Position numbers and translations under genes: made by a program. The notes under the pieces are model-generated. The model was not told the DNA's origin and did no database searches. It saw only the letters and a program-made list of their open reading frames with translations. Positions 1-8,515 of a stretch of 64,000 nt of DNA are shown one piece after another (the first letter of the stretch is position 1; each line of letters opens with the position of its first letter). The stretch lies in assembly GCA_934154785.1 (NCBI GenBank), contig CAKPGL010000002.1:75805-139804 (forward strand), in the 5' to 3' direction. Source of the DNA: an uncultured Bacilli bacterium. Its GTDB lineage: Bacteria; Bacillota_I; Bacilli_A; RF39; UBA660.

Positions 1-73
1 AATTTTAGCATTTGATAGTTCTACTTATCAAGGTGGAAATTATAGTGAAAATACTAATTATTCAAATACAAAC

Positions 74-727
74 ATGAATACTAATAGTTTTAATAATAAT
101 TTGAACAACTATAGCAATACAACTAATCAATTTAATGGACAAAGCGTTCAAACGAATACTTTAAATTCTATGAATCAAGTAAATAGTGGGGTATCTAGTT
201 TTGGTGCTACTAATAATTCTAATAATATTTTTGTAGATAATACTGCAACAAATCAGGTTAGTCAACATACAAATCAAAATCAAATGAATGATATATTTGA
301 AATGCCAACTAACTTAAATAATCAACAAATGAATAATCAACCTGTGAATAGTGTAGTAGATACAAATCCATTTGTAGAACCACAATCTACTACAGGTTCA
401 ATGAATACAATTAGTATTAATGAACAATCAATTTATACTAATACCAATACCAATAGTACTATTGGGACTCAAGACTATTCAAGTGTTAATCCGGTAAATA
501 ATCCAACACCTAATATTGATTTAAATAATAACAATAGTTTTAACTCTATTAATACACAAACAACCATGAATTCTACAATTCCAAGTATAGATAACAATGT
601 TAATCAAGTACAACAACCATTTACAGGTAGCGTTAATCCAGAAGTAGCTACTAAAGCATGTCCAAATTGTGGTGCCCAAGTAAAATCAGATAGTTCTTTC
701 TGCTTTATGTGTGGCAAACAATTATAA
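74..727 (+). CDS. Asn/Gln/Thr-rich low-complexity protein with C-terminal zinc-ribbon (CPNCG...CFMCG). The frame stays open to the window start, so it is probably 5'-truncated.
   Basis: The ORF has no stop upstream of 74 in frame. It has two CxxC pairs at the C-terminus and a prion-like N/Q-rich composition. Confidence 0.5.
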   Translation: MNTNSFNNNLNNYSNTTNQFNGQSVQTNTLNSMNQVNSGVSSFGATNNSNNIFVDNTATNQVSQHTNQNQMNDIFEMPTNLNNQQMNNQPVNSVVDTNPFVEPQSTTGSMNTISINEQSIYTNTNTNSTIGTQDYSSVNPVNNPTPNIDLNNNNSFNSINTQTTMNSTIPSIDNNVNQVQQPFTGSVNPEVATKACPNCGAQVKSDSSFCFMCGKQL

Positions 728-734
728 TATAAAA

Positions 735-762
735 AGTATCCTTTGCAAGGGATACTTTTTTG
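735..762 (+). terminator. Rho-independent terminator: stem GTATCC/GGATAC followed by a T6 run.
   Basis: The hairpin is immediately after the stop codon at 727 and is followed by TTTTTT. A second perfect hairpin CCCCAGA-tag-TCTGGGG lies at 775-791. Confidence 0.5.
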
Positions 763-1340
763 TATACAGAAAATCCCCAGATAGTCTGGGGTTAAATAAA
801 GCTTTAGCGTTGAGTTTTTAAAAGAATGTCCTCCTTTGTTAAAATATTAATACGATTTGCCGATTGCAAAAAGATAACAAAGGAGGTGTGTCCAGTAAAG
901 GACATAAAATAGTTTATCACATTCAAAATGGAACTGTAAATATCATATTGTGTTTGTTCCTAAATATCGTAGAAAAGTATTCTATGGACAAAATAGATAT
1001 GAAATAGGAAAAATTTTAGTGGAACTATGTGATGGAAAGAAGTACATATAGTGACATGATAAGCCTGCCAAGATCATATACATCTTTTGGTGGAATTTCC
1101 ACCAAAAATCATGGTATCATCATTCAGAAATATTTTAAAGAAAAAAGAAGTTGTTAGTGTTAATATAAAAACGTAAGAAAATTATTAAATAATAATGTAG
1201 GAAAACAACATAATTATTTAATAAAAACATTTTTATATTAGCACTAACAATTCGCTTTTAAGCGGAGCCAAAACCTGAGTTTTTAGACGTCAGAGAAAAA
1301 CCACCAGTTTTACTGGTGAATTATTTTTATAATTTTTTTG

Positions 1341-2592
1341 AAAATAAAAAGGAAATAGAAAAGTTATGTCGTATGTTTTAAGTAGGAGGGAGGTGAGAAA
1401 TGATAAATAGTACAAAAGAAAGACCTTTTATACCACTTAGTTATGACCTAGTATTTAAAAGAGTATTTGCGGATGAATATGATAAAAGACCATTAAAAAC
1501 CCTACTCAATGTAATTTTAAATATTAATATATCTACTAACGATATAACTATTTTAAATAGTGAAATGGTTGGTAAAAATGTAAATACTAAAAAGAATACA
1601 GTAGACTTAATTGTAAAATTAAAAGATGGAACTAAAGTAGGAATAGAGATGAACCGTGCCAGTAGTGATAAACTAGTATTTAGAAATACATTATATATGT
1701 TTAGACTGATGGGACATGCTTTAAATAAAGGAGCAAGATATGAAGATATAGATGAATATATACAAATAAACTTTGATATGGATGGAGAACATAGTGAACC
1801 AATAGATGTATATACATTATGTAATGAAAAACATCCAGACAAAAAATTAACAAATAAGTTACAAATATATCGTATAAATGTTCCTTATTTTACAAAAAAA
1901 TGTTATAATCTAAGAGAAGAGGAATTAGCGTATAAAGATAGATTTATAGGAATGATTGGAGCTAAGACACTAAAAGAAATAAATAAGATAGCAGGTAGGG
2001 ATAATATTATGGAAGAAATGAGTAAAAAAGTAGAAGAATGTAATGAAGATGAAGATATATTATATCAATATAATTATGGAGAGTACTTAGCAGATCTAGC
2101 GATATTAGAAGGAACAGAAAAAGGTATAAAGCAAGGTTTAGAGAAAGGCATGAAACAAGGCTTAGAAAAAGGAATTAAAGAAGGTCTTGAAAAAGGAATT
2201 AAAGAAGGCCTTGAGAAGGGAATACAGCAAGGCCTTGAGAAGGGAATACAACAAGGCCTTGAAAAAGGAATTCAACAAGGTATTGAACAAGGAAAAGAAC
2301 TTGGAATACAACAAGGCCTTAAAGAAGGACAAGCCAAAGGTTTCGAACAAGGTAAAAGTAAAGGCTACGAAGAAGGATTAAATCTTGGTAAACAGGAAGC
2401 TTTAAGGCAACAAGAAAGAATTATTGAAGAGTCAAAAAATGAATATAAAGTAGATATGATTACAAAAATGCTTGCTAAAGGATTAAGCCCAGAGGTAATT
2501 TCGGAGATTACTGGTCTAGAAGTAGAAAAAATTGCTGAAATAGATTTATAGGTTATTATAAAGAGTTTACAGAGTTATATTGTAAACTTTTT
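1341..2592. repeat. Copy A of a ~1.25 kb direct repeat. It runs from the promoter/RBS through the Rpn-family gene to the 3' hairpin terminator GTTTACA...TGTAAAC.
   Basis: Near-identical to 46619-47860. They differ by a few SNPs and by the number/type of 24-bp tandem units. Confidence 0.8.
1400..2551 (+). CDS. Rpn/YhgA-family recombination-promoting nuclease / putative transposase (PD-(D/E)XK). The C-terminal tract is made of 8-aa GLEKGI(K/Q)(E/Q) repeats.
   Basis: The N-terminal region has the pattern typical of the Rpn (TIGR01784/PDDEXK_7) family: ...DLVFKRVF...VDLIVKLKDGTKVGIEMN... The 3' part of the gene is a 24-bp periodic tandem repeat. Confidence 0.75.
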   Translation: MINSTKERPFIPLSYDLVFKRVFADEYDKRPLKTLLNVILNINISTNDITILNSEMVGKNVNTKKNTVDLIVKLKDGTKVGIEMNRASSDKLVFRNTLYMFRLMGHALNKGARYEDIDEYIQINFDMDGEHSEPIDVYTLCNEKHPDKKLTNKLQIYRINVPYFTKKCYNLREEELAYKDRFIGMIGAKTLKEINKIAGRDNIMEEMSKKVEECNEDEDILYQYNYGEYLADLAILEGTEKGIKQGLEKGMKQGLEKGIKEGLEKGIKEGLEKGIQQGLEKGIQQGLEKGIQQGIEQGKELGIQQGLKEGQAKGFEQGKSKGYEEGLNLGKQEALRQQERIIEESKNEYKVDMITKMLAKGLSPEVISEITGLEVEKIAEIDL

Positions 2593-2693
2593 TATTTTGT
2601 TAAAATTTTTAAATATAATTTTTTTATGTTAACTAGTATTGTTTAATCTAATTGTTTTGTGTTATAATGGAAAAAAATAGAAGAGGTTGTATT

Positions 2694-2984
2694 ATGGATA
2701 GTAAAAATGAGTTCAGTAGATTAGATGAAGAATTGGCGTTTAAAATTACTGTAAATGGTAGGGAAGTTGTTTGCTATATTTTATTAACTTTTAATAATCC
2801 AACTAATAACAAGAACTATATTATTTATACAGATGGAAGTAAAGACGAAAATGGACAAATGGAAATTTTAGCATCTGCATATCAAATAGAAGATGGTAAT
2901 ATTAAATTAGAAGAGATAACAACAGATTATGAATGGAATATGGTTGATGAAATGTTAAAACAAGTGGGTGAAAAAAATGAATAA
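2694..2984 (+). CDS. DUF1292/UPF0473-like small acidic protein.
   Basis: The pattern ...VNGREVVCYILLTF...YIIYTDGSKDENGQMEILASAYQIEDGN...EWNMVDEMLKQ resembles the DUF1292 family. The start was moved to the ATG that follows the SD AGAGG. Confidence 0.5.
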   Translation: MDSKNEFSRLDEELAFKITVNGREVVCYILLTFNNPTNNKNYIIYTDGSKDENGQMEILASAYQIEDGNIKLEEITTDYEWNMVDEMLKQVGEKNE

Positions 2985-4350
2985 GGAAAAATTACATATA
3001 TTTTATGATGTAAATGTTGGTGAAATTAGAGCAACTATTGTTGACAACAAAGGTACATATGTTTCAACTTCTGCTTGGCAAGACATTTTAAAGTCTTTGA
3101 ATTTAAACAGAACTTTTAAGAGAACTTGTTCACATGATGGCTTAATTGTTGAATACTCTGATATAATTGTTCAAATTGATAATTGGAAAATATGCGCTAA
3201 AAATCCAACTGTTAGTGAATATCTTCGCAAAAATATTGCCATTCAACAAAATAATCGTTTAGAAAAGGTTAGAGACTATAACGCAATAATAGCAGGCAAA
3301 AATTCAAACCATAACGAGGATATTGTACCACCATTTTTACAAAAAGCTTTAAAAGAAAGACATGAACAGGCATTAAATTCTATGACTCAAGAAAATACAT
3401 CTGTTACACCTACTGTGCAACAAAAAACATTAAAGGTTAAGAGAAAAAATAAGTATACTGGAGCAATTTTATCTATTGTTACAGGTGCATTAGTTTTATC
3501 TATGTTATCTACACCACCAATGTCGCTTCAAAAAGGAACGAAATATGAAACTTTGTCTCAAACAACAATTTCAAATATACCTACGGTTGAATATCAATCT
3601 TTTACCCAGCAAATATCAAATGAAGATGACTTTAAAATAAACTTAAGTATTGATGACTTATTCAATTCTAATGACAATAGCATAAACTATAATGATGCCA
3701 TTAGCTTTAAATATGACGATCGCTCACAGACAGATAAAGCCATAGAAACTAGAATAAAATATGGTGATTTGATAGAAAAGTATGCGAAAAAATGTGGAAT
3801 AGATCCTAAAATAGTTTTAGGAATTGCTACTCAAGAATCTGGCAATCATGAACTAGGTTTACGTGCTGGCAGCAAAGGTGGCTTAATGCAAATTGAGATC
3901 AGTTATTGGAATGGTAAGGAAATAACTTATTATGATTTTGACGATAAAGAATCGTACATTATTAAAATAGATGATAATGTTAATGATGTTGAAAATAATA
4001 TTTTAATAGGCTGTGCTATATTACAAAATGAGTTAAAAATATTTAATTATAATATTCCACTTGCTATTCAAAGTTATAATGAAGGTTATAGTAATATGAG
4101 TAAAATTTTGGATGAAACGTCTGCTAAAACAGGTTTAACTAAGACTAGTATTATAAATAATGATAACTGTCTTGAATGGTTAAATTATACTCATATTGTA
4201 AACGGAGGTGACCCTAATTATATAAATAATGTTCTATCTTGGACAGGTTATGGTTATAGTTTTTATGAATTTGTTTGTCAGAAAGAAAATGGCGATTTAA
4301 AGGTTTGTACTACTATTCCAATCACAAATGATACTGTAAAAGCAATTTAA
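2977..4350 (+). CDS. Bitopic membrane protein with a C-terminal lytic transglycosylase (SLT) domain.
   Basis: A single TM segment (AILSIVTGALVLSMLST) and the SLT catalytic motif GIATQESGNHELGLRAGSKGGLMQIE. Confidence 0.65.
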   Translation: MNKEKLHIFYDVNVGEIRATIVDNKGTYVSTSAWQDILKSLNLNRTFKRTCSHDGLIVEYSDIIVQIDNWKICAKNPTVSEYLRKNIAIQQNNRLEKVRDYNAIIAGKNSNHNEDIVPPFLQKALKERHEQALNSMTQENTSVTPTVQQKTLKVKRKNKYTGAILSIVTGALVLSMLSTPPMSLQKGTKYETLSQTTISNIPTVEYQSFTQQISNEDDFKINLSIDDLFNSNDNSINYNDAISFKYDDRSQTDKAIETRIKYGDLIEKYAKKCGIDPKIVLGIATQESGNHELGLRAGSKGGLMQIEISYWNGKEITYYDFDDKESYIIKIDDNVNDVENNILIGCAILQNELKIFNYNIPLAIQSYNEGYSNMSKILDETSAKTGLTKTSIINNDNCLEWLNYTHIVNGGDPNYINNVLSWTGYGYSFYEFVCQKENGDLKVCTTIPITNDTVKAI

Positions 4351-4406
4351 TATACTTATGCAGTATTGTTAGTATTTTTATAAAGTATAGAATAAAGAGG
4401 TTATAT

Positions 4407-5840
4407 ATGAAAACAAAAAAAACAAGAAGTTTGATAATTGCTATTATGGCATTTTCTATAATAGCTACAACTGTAGCGTATGCAGCACTTCAAACAACAT
4501 TAAATATTTCAGGTAGTATCGCAAAGAAAGGTGGAAGTTGGGATATACATTTTGAAAATGTTTCTAACATTACTAATTACGGTTCTGCAACGTTAACAAC
4601 ACCGAAAATTGAAAGTTCTAAATTGAGCTTTTCTACAACTTTAGCAAAACCAGGTGATTACATATTATTTACAGTAGATGTTAAAAATAGTGGAACTATA
4701 GATGCTGTGTTAAATTCTGTAATATTTAGTGGCGAACAAGATGCTAAGTCAAAAGACATAACATATACAGTAACATATAGTGATGGAACAAGTATTGCCA
4801 AAAATGATAAATTAAATGTTGGGGATAAAAGGACATTTAAGGTTTTAGTAAAATATGATGATGTATCAAGTATATCTTCTACAGATCAACAAATTACACT
4901 TGGTTTAACTTTAAATTATGTACAAACTGGTAATGTCAGTTTAAGTAGCACGCTTCCAGGAACAAGCACAACTGTGCTTGAAAATAGCGGAGTTGTTGTA
5001 ATGGGTGATAATTCTTATCTTTCAGCAAGTTCCAAGTTATCTGTTACTAAAACCGACGCTACATTGGCGACTACTTCAGGTTATTTGTTAGAATCTTCTT
5101 CTTCTGTTAAGTATGATATTACAGTGGATGGATTTACTAATGGTAGTGGAGAGTTAACAATCAAGTTGCCTTTGCCAGAAGGTTATGCAAACCAAAAACT
5201 AACTGTTTATTATCAGGCAGCCGATGGCACATTAACTGAGTACGATAGCACAATAGAAGGTTCTAGTATTGTATTTAAAACTAACCATTTAAGCAGTTAT
5301 ATTACTACTATTCAAGAAAATGAAGAAACTATGCAAGTAACTTCTAAAGCACCTTTAACATCCAAAGAGGTTAGTTTAAGAATTTCTGGCTCTACATCTG
5401 GTATGCGTTATAAGGCTTATGTTACAAAAGAACTTCGTGAAATGGCTTCAGAATATGGTTTTATTATAACTACAAAAAATAGATTAGATGCTAAAAGCCT
5501 TAGTGTAAGTGATTTTACTATGGATTGTGGTGTCACTTTTGTTACTGGTGTTTCATATAAACCTAGTGAAAATGTAGATATTGGGTATTCTAAGGGTAAT
5601 ATATATGTGTTTACTGGTGTTATGGCTGGCGTACCTGCAGGAAAAGAAGATTGGGTATTAGTTGGTAGACCTTATATTAAAATAACTGAAAATGGTGTAG
5701 AGAATATTTATTATGGTGATCCTATTCAATATTCTCCATATGAAGTTGCTAAAGCCATAAAAGGCAATGGTTACCAGAATTTAAATGAAACAGAAAAAAA
5801 TTATGTAGATACTATTATTTCAAATGTTGAAAATAGATAA
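4407..5840 (+). CDS. Secreted/surface protein of unknown function, with an N-terminal signal/anchor and a Ser/Thr-rich beta-rich body.
   Basis: The N-terminus MKTKKTRSLIIAIMAFSIIATTVAYA has a strong SD. No recognisable catalytic motif. Confidence 0.45.
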   Translation: MKTKKTRSLIIAIMAFSIIATTVAYAALQTTLNISGSIAKKGGSWDIHFENVSNITNYGSATLTTPKIESSKLSFSTTLAKPGDYILFTVDVKNSGTIDAVLNSVIFSGEQDAKSKDITYTVTYSDGTSIAKNDKLNVGDKRTFKVLVKYDDVSSISSTDQQITLGLTLNYVQTGNVSLSSTLPGTSTTVLENSGVVVMGDNSYLSASSKLSVTKTDATLATTSGYLLESSSSVKYDITVDGFTNGSGELTIKLPLPEGYANQKLTVYYQAADGTLTEYDSTIEGSSIVFKTNHLSSYITTIQENEETMQVTSKAPLTSKEVSLRISGSTSGMRYKAYVTKELREMASEYGFIITTKNRLDAKSLSVSDFTMDCGVTFVTGVSYKPSENVDIGYSKGNIYVFTGVMAGVPAGKEDWVLVGRPYIKITENGVENIYYGDPIQYSPYEVAKAIKGNGYQNLNETEKNYVDTIISNVENR

Positions 5841-5942
5841 AAGTATATTAGTTTACTAAAACGAGTTAAGTATTAGTAAGCTAATTGCTTTTTTTTAGAT
5901 TTTAGCATATAATTTTTATAGTTATAGAAACGAGGGATAATC

Positions 5943-7604
5943 ATGAAAACGGATATTGAGATTAGTAATGAATGTGTGTTAGAAAATATAAATCTAATAG
6001 CGAATAAACTAAATATAGAAGATAAATATTTAGAATGTTTTGGAAAGTATAAGGCAAAAATAGATTTAAAAATATTTGATACCCTTTCTAATAAGGAAGA
6101 TGGTAAACTTATTTTAGTAACATCTACTAATCCTACACCATTTGGTGAAGGTAAAACAACACAAAGTATAGGCATAAATGATGCACTAAATAAATTAGGT
6201 AAAAATAGTATTGTTGTACTTAGAGAGCCTTCTTTAGGACCAGTATTTGGTATAAAGGGTGGAGCTACTGGTGGTGGCTATTCTCAAGTAGTTCCTATGG
6301 AAGATATTAATTTACATTTTACTGGTGATTTACATGCTATTGAAATGTGTAATAATTTACTTTGTGCTATTATTGATAATCATATATATCAAGGTAATGA
6401 ATTAAATTTTGATTTAAATAAAGTAACATTTCAAAGATGTGTTGATTTAAATGATAGAGCACTTCGTAATGTAACTATAAAATATGATAATAAAGGTTTA
6501 GAAAGAAATGATAAATATAATATTACAGTAGCAAGTGAAATTATGGCTATATTATGTTTATCAAAAAATATAGAAGATTTAAAACTTAGGTTGGGTAATA
6601 TTCTAGTGGGATTTAACACTAGTAATAAGCCTATCTACGCCAAAGAATTACACTGTGAAGATGCTCTTGCAATATTACTTAAGGATGCTATTAAACCTAA
6701 TTTAGTTCAAACTTTAGAACATAATCCAGCTCTTATTCATGGTGGACCTTTTGCCAATATAGCTCATGGGTGCAACTCTTTAATAGCGACACGTTTAGGT
6801 TTAAGACTTAGTGATTATGTTATCACTGAAGCTGGTTTTGGTTCTGACTTAGGGGCTGAAAAATTCTTAGATATAAAATGTGTTGTAGGAAATTTAAAGC
6901 CTAATGCTATAGTTATTAATGCTACTTTACGTAGTATTAAATATAATGGTGGTGTTTTTAAAGAAGATGTTAGTTTTGAAAATATAGAAGCATTAAGTAA
7001 GGGAATTGTTAATTTACAAAGACATATTGAAAACATGAGTAAATATACTAAGAATATTGTAGTATGTATTAATAAGTTTTCTAGTGATACAGAAAAAGAA
7101 ATATCTTTTGTAAAAGATTTTGTTAATAAATTAGGCTATAAAGCTATTACTTCTACATCGTTTATAGATGGAAGTAATGGAGCTTTAGAACTAGCTAAAG
7201 AAATAATAAAATTATGTGATAACAAGGTTGATTATAAACCTTTATATGACTATAATTTAAGTATAAAAGATAAAATAAATAAGATTGCTAAAGAAATATA
7301 TCATGCTAAAGAAGTTGTCTATAGTTGTGATGTAGAAGATAAAATAAAAGAACTAACAGAAATGGGTTTTGCTAGTTTACCAATTTGTATTGCTAAAACA
7401 CAATATTCTTTTACTGATAATCCTAAATTATTAGGTGCTCCTACAGATTTTAATATAACTATTACTGATATAAAACTATCTAGTGGAGCAGGATTTATTG
7501 TAGTTCTTTTAGGTAATATTATGACTATGCCAGGCTTATCTAAAAACTCTGCCTATTTAAATATGCATATTGATAACAATGGTAATATAAGTGGATTATA
7601 TTAA
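5943..7604 (+). CDS. fhs: Formate--tetrahydrofolate ligase.
   Basis: Signature PTPFGEGKTT, at the typical ~553-aa length. Confidence 0.9.
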   Translation: MKTDIEISNECVLENINLIANKLNIEDKYLECFGKYKAKIDLKIFDTLSNKEDGKLILVTSTNPTPFGEGKTTQSIGINDALNKLGKNSIVVLREPSLGPVFGIKGGATGGGYSQVVPMEDINLHFTGDLHAIEMCNNLLCAIIDNHIYQGNELNFDLNKVTFQRCVDLNDRALRNVTIKYDNKGLERNDKYNITVASEIMAILCLSKNIEDLKLRLGNILVGFNTSNKPIYAKELHCEDALAILLKDAIKPNLVQTLEHNPALIHGGPFANIAHGCNSLIATRLGLRLSDYVITEAGFGSDLGAEKFLDIKCVVGNLKPNAIVINATLRSIKYNGGVFKEDVSFENIEALSKGIVNLQRHIENMSKYTKNIVVCINKFSSDTEKEISFVKDFVNKLGYKAITSTSFIDGSNGALELAKEIIKLCDNKVDYKPLYDYNLSIKDKINKIAKEIYHAKEVVYSCDVEDKIKELTEMGFASLPICIAKTQYSFTDNPKLLGAPTDFNITITDIKLSSGAGFIVVLLGNIMTMPGLSKNSAYLNMHIDNNGNISGLY

Positions 7605-7659
7605 AAAATGAATAAAAAGTCTCCTTTTGGTTCAAGATGAACTAGAAAGGAGATTTTTT

Positions 7660-8436
7660 ATGGCACGTCATAAAGTAGAAATCTGTGGCGTGAATACTGC
7701 GAATATAAAAGTATTAAGTAGTGATGAAATGTTAGAATTGTTTAAAAGATATCAAAATGGAGATAAAACTGCTAAAAACGAACTAATAGAAGGTAATTTA
7801 AAACTAGTTTTATCAATATTAAGAAATTATAGTAATCGAACAGATAATATGGATGATCTATTTCAGATAGGTTGTGTTGGTTTAATTAAAGCAATTGATA
7901 ATTTTGATTTATCACATGAAGTAAAATTTTCTACCTATGCTGTTCCTATGATATTGGGGGAAGTTAAGAGATATTTAAGAGATAATAGTAGTATTAGGGT
8001 AGCGCGTAGTATTAAAGATATAGCGTATAAGTCATTACAGGCTAAAGAACAATTGACTAATGAATTAGGTAAAGAACCCACTATAGAAATGATTGCTAAA
8101 AAATTAGGCTTAACAGAATACGAAGTAACAAATGCTTTAGATTCTATGAAAGATACTATTAGTATGTTTGAACCTATATATAATGATGGTGGCGATACGA
8201 TTTATTTAGCCGATCAATTAGAAGATAAAAATAATAGTATGTATTCAATAGATGATAAAATGGCTTTAAGAGAAGCATTAAAAAGTTTGAATACCAAAGA
8301 ACGTGAAATTATTATAAAAAGATATATAATTGGTAAAACACAAATGGAATTAGCACGTGAATTTGGCATATCTCAGGCACAGATATCTAGAATTGAGAAA
8401 AATAGTTTAGATAAAGTAAAAAAACTCATTTTATAA
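7660..8436 (+). CDS. sigG: Sporulation sigma factor SigG (forespore late sigma). The start was moved to MARHK.
   Basis: Colinear with B. subtilis SigG: KVEICGV(D/N)T, DDLFQ(V/I)GC(I/V)GL(M/I)K(S/A)IDNFDLSH(N/E)VKFSTYAVPMI(I/L)GE(I/V)(R/K)RYLRDN, FEPIYNDGGD, GKTQME(V/L)A(E/R)E(I/F)GISQAQ(V/I)SR(L/I)EK. Confidence 0.85.
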   Translation: MARHKVEICGVNTANIKVLSSDEMLELFKRYQNGDKTAKNELIEGNLKLVLSILRNYSNRTDNMDDLFQIGCVGLIKAIDNFDLSHEVKFSTYAVPMILGEVKRYLRDNSSIRVARSIKDIAYKSLQAKEQLTNELGKEPTIEMIAKKLGLTEYEVTNALDSMKDTISMFEPIYNDGGDTIYLADQLEDKNNSMYSIDDKMALREALKSLNTKEREIIIKRYIIGKTQMELAREFGISQAQISRIEKNSLDKVKKLIL

Positions 8437-8515
8437 TCTGATATTGCAAACAAACTATTGTCAAAAAATGTAAAATGTGTTATCCTTTATATAGAATAGA
8501 GGAGGTAATTAAGAT

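Noticed and set aside
1056-1157. 33-codon ORF spanning the TTTTGGTGGAA/TTCCACCAAAA palindrome
   Set aside because: It has no SD and its sequence is dictated by the palindrome, so it is unlikely to be a real peptide.
2162-2381. Short ORFs on both strands inside the Rpn repeat tract (also 1441-1842 minus)
   Set aside because: They are alternative-frame artefacts of the 24-bp tandem repeats; the Rpn frame is the coding one.
7660-8436. The sigma factor upstream of the pilus operon as a dedicated ECF/pilus sigma
   Set aside because: It is colinear with SigG over its full length, so it is a sporulation sigma. Its adjacency to the pilus operon is probably coincidental.
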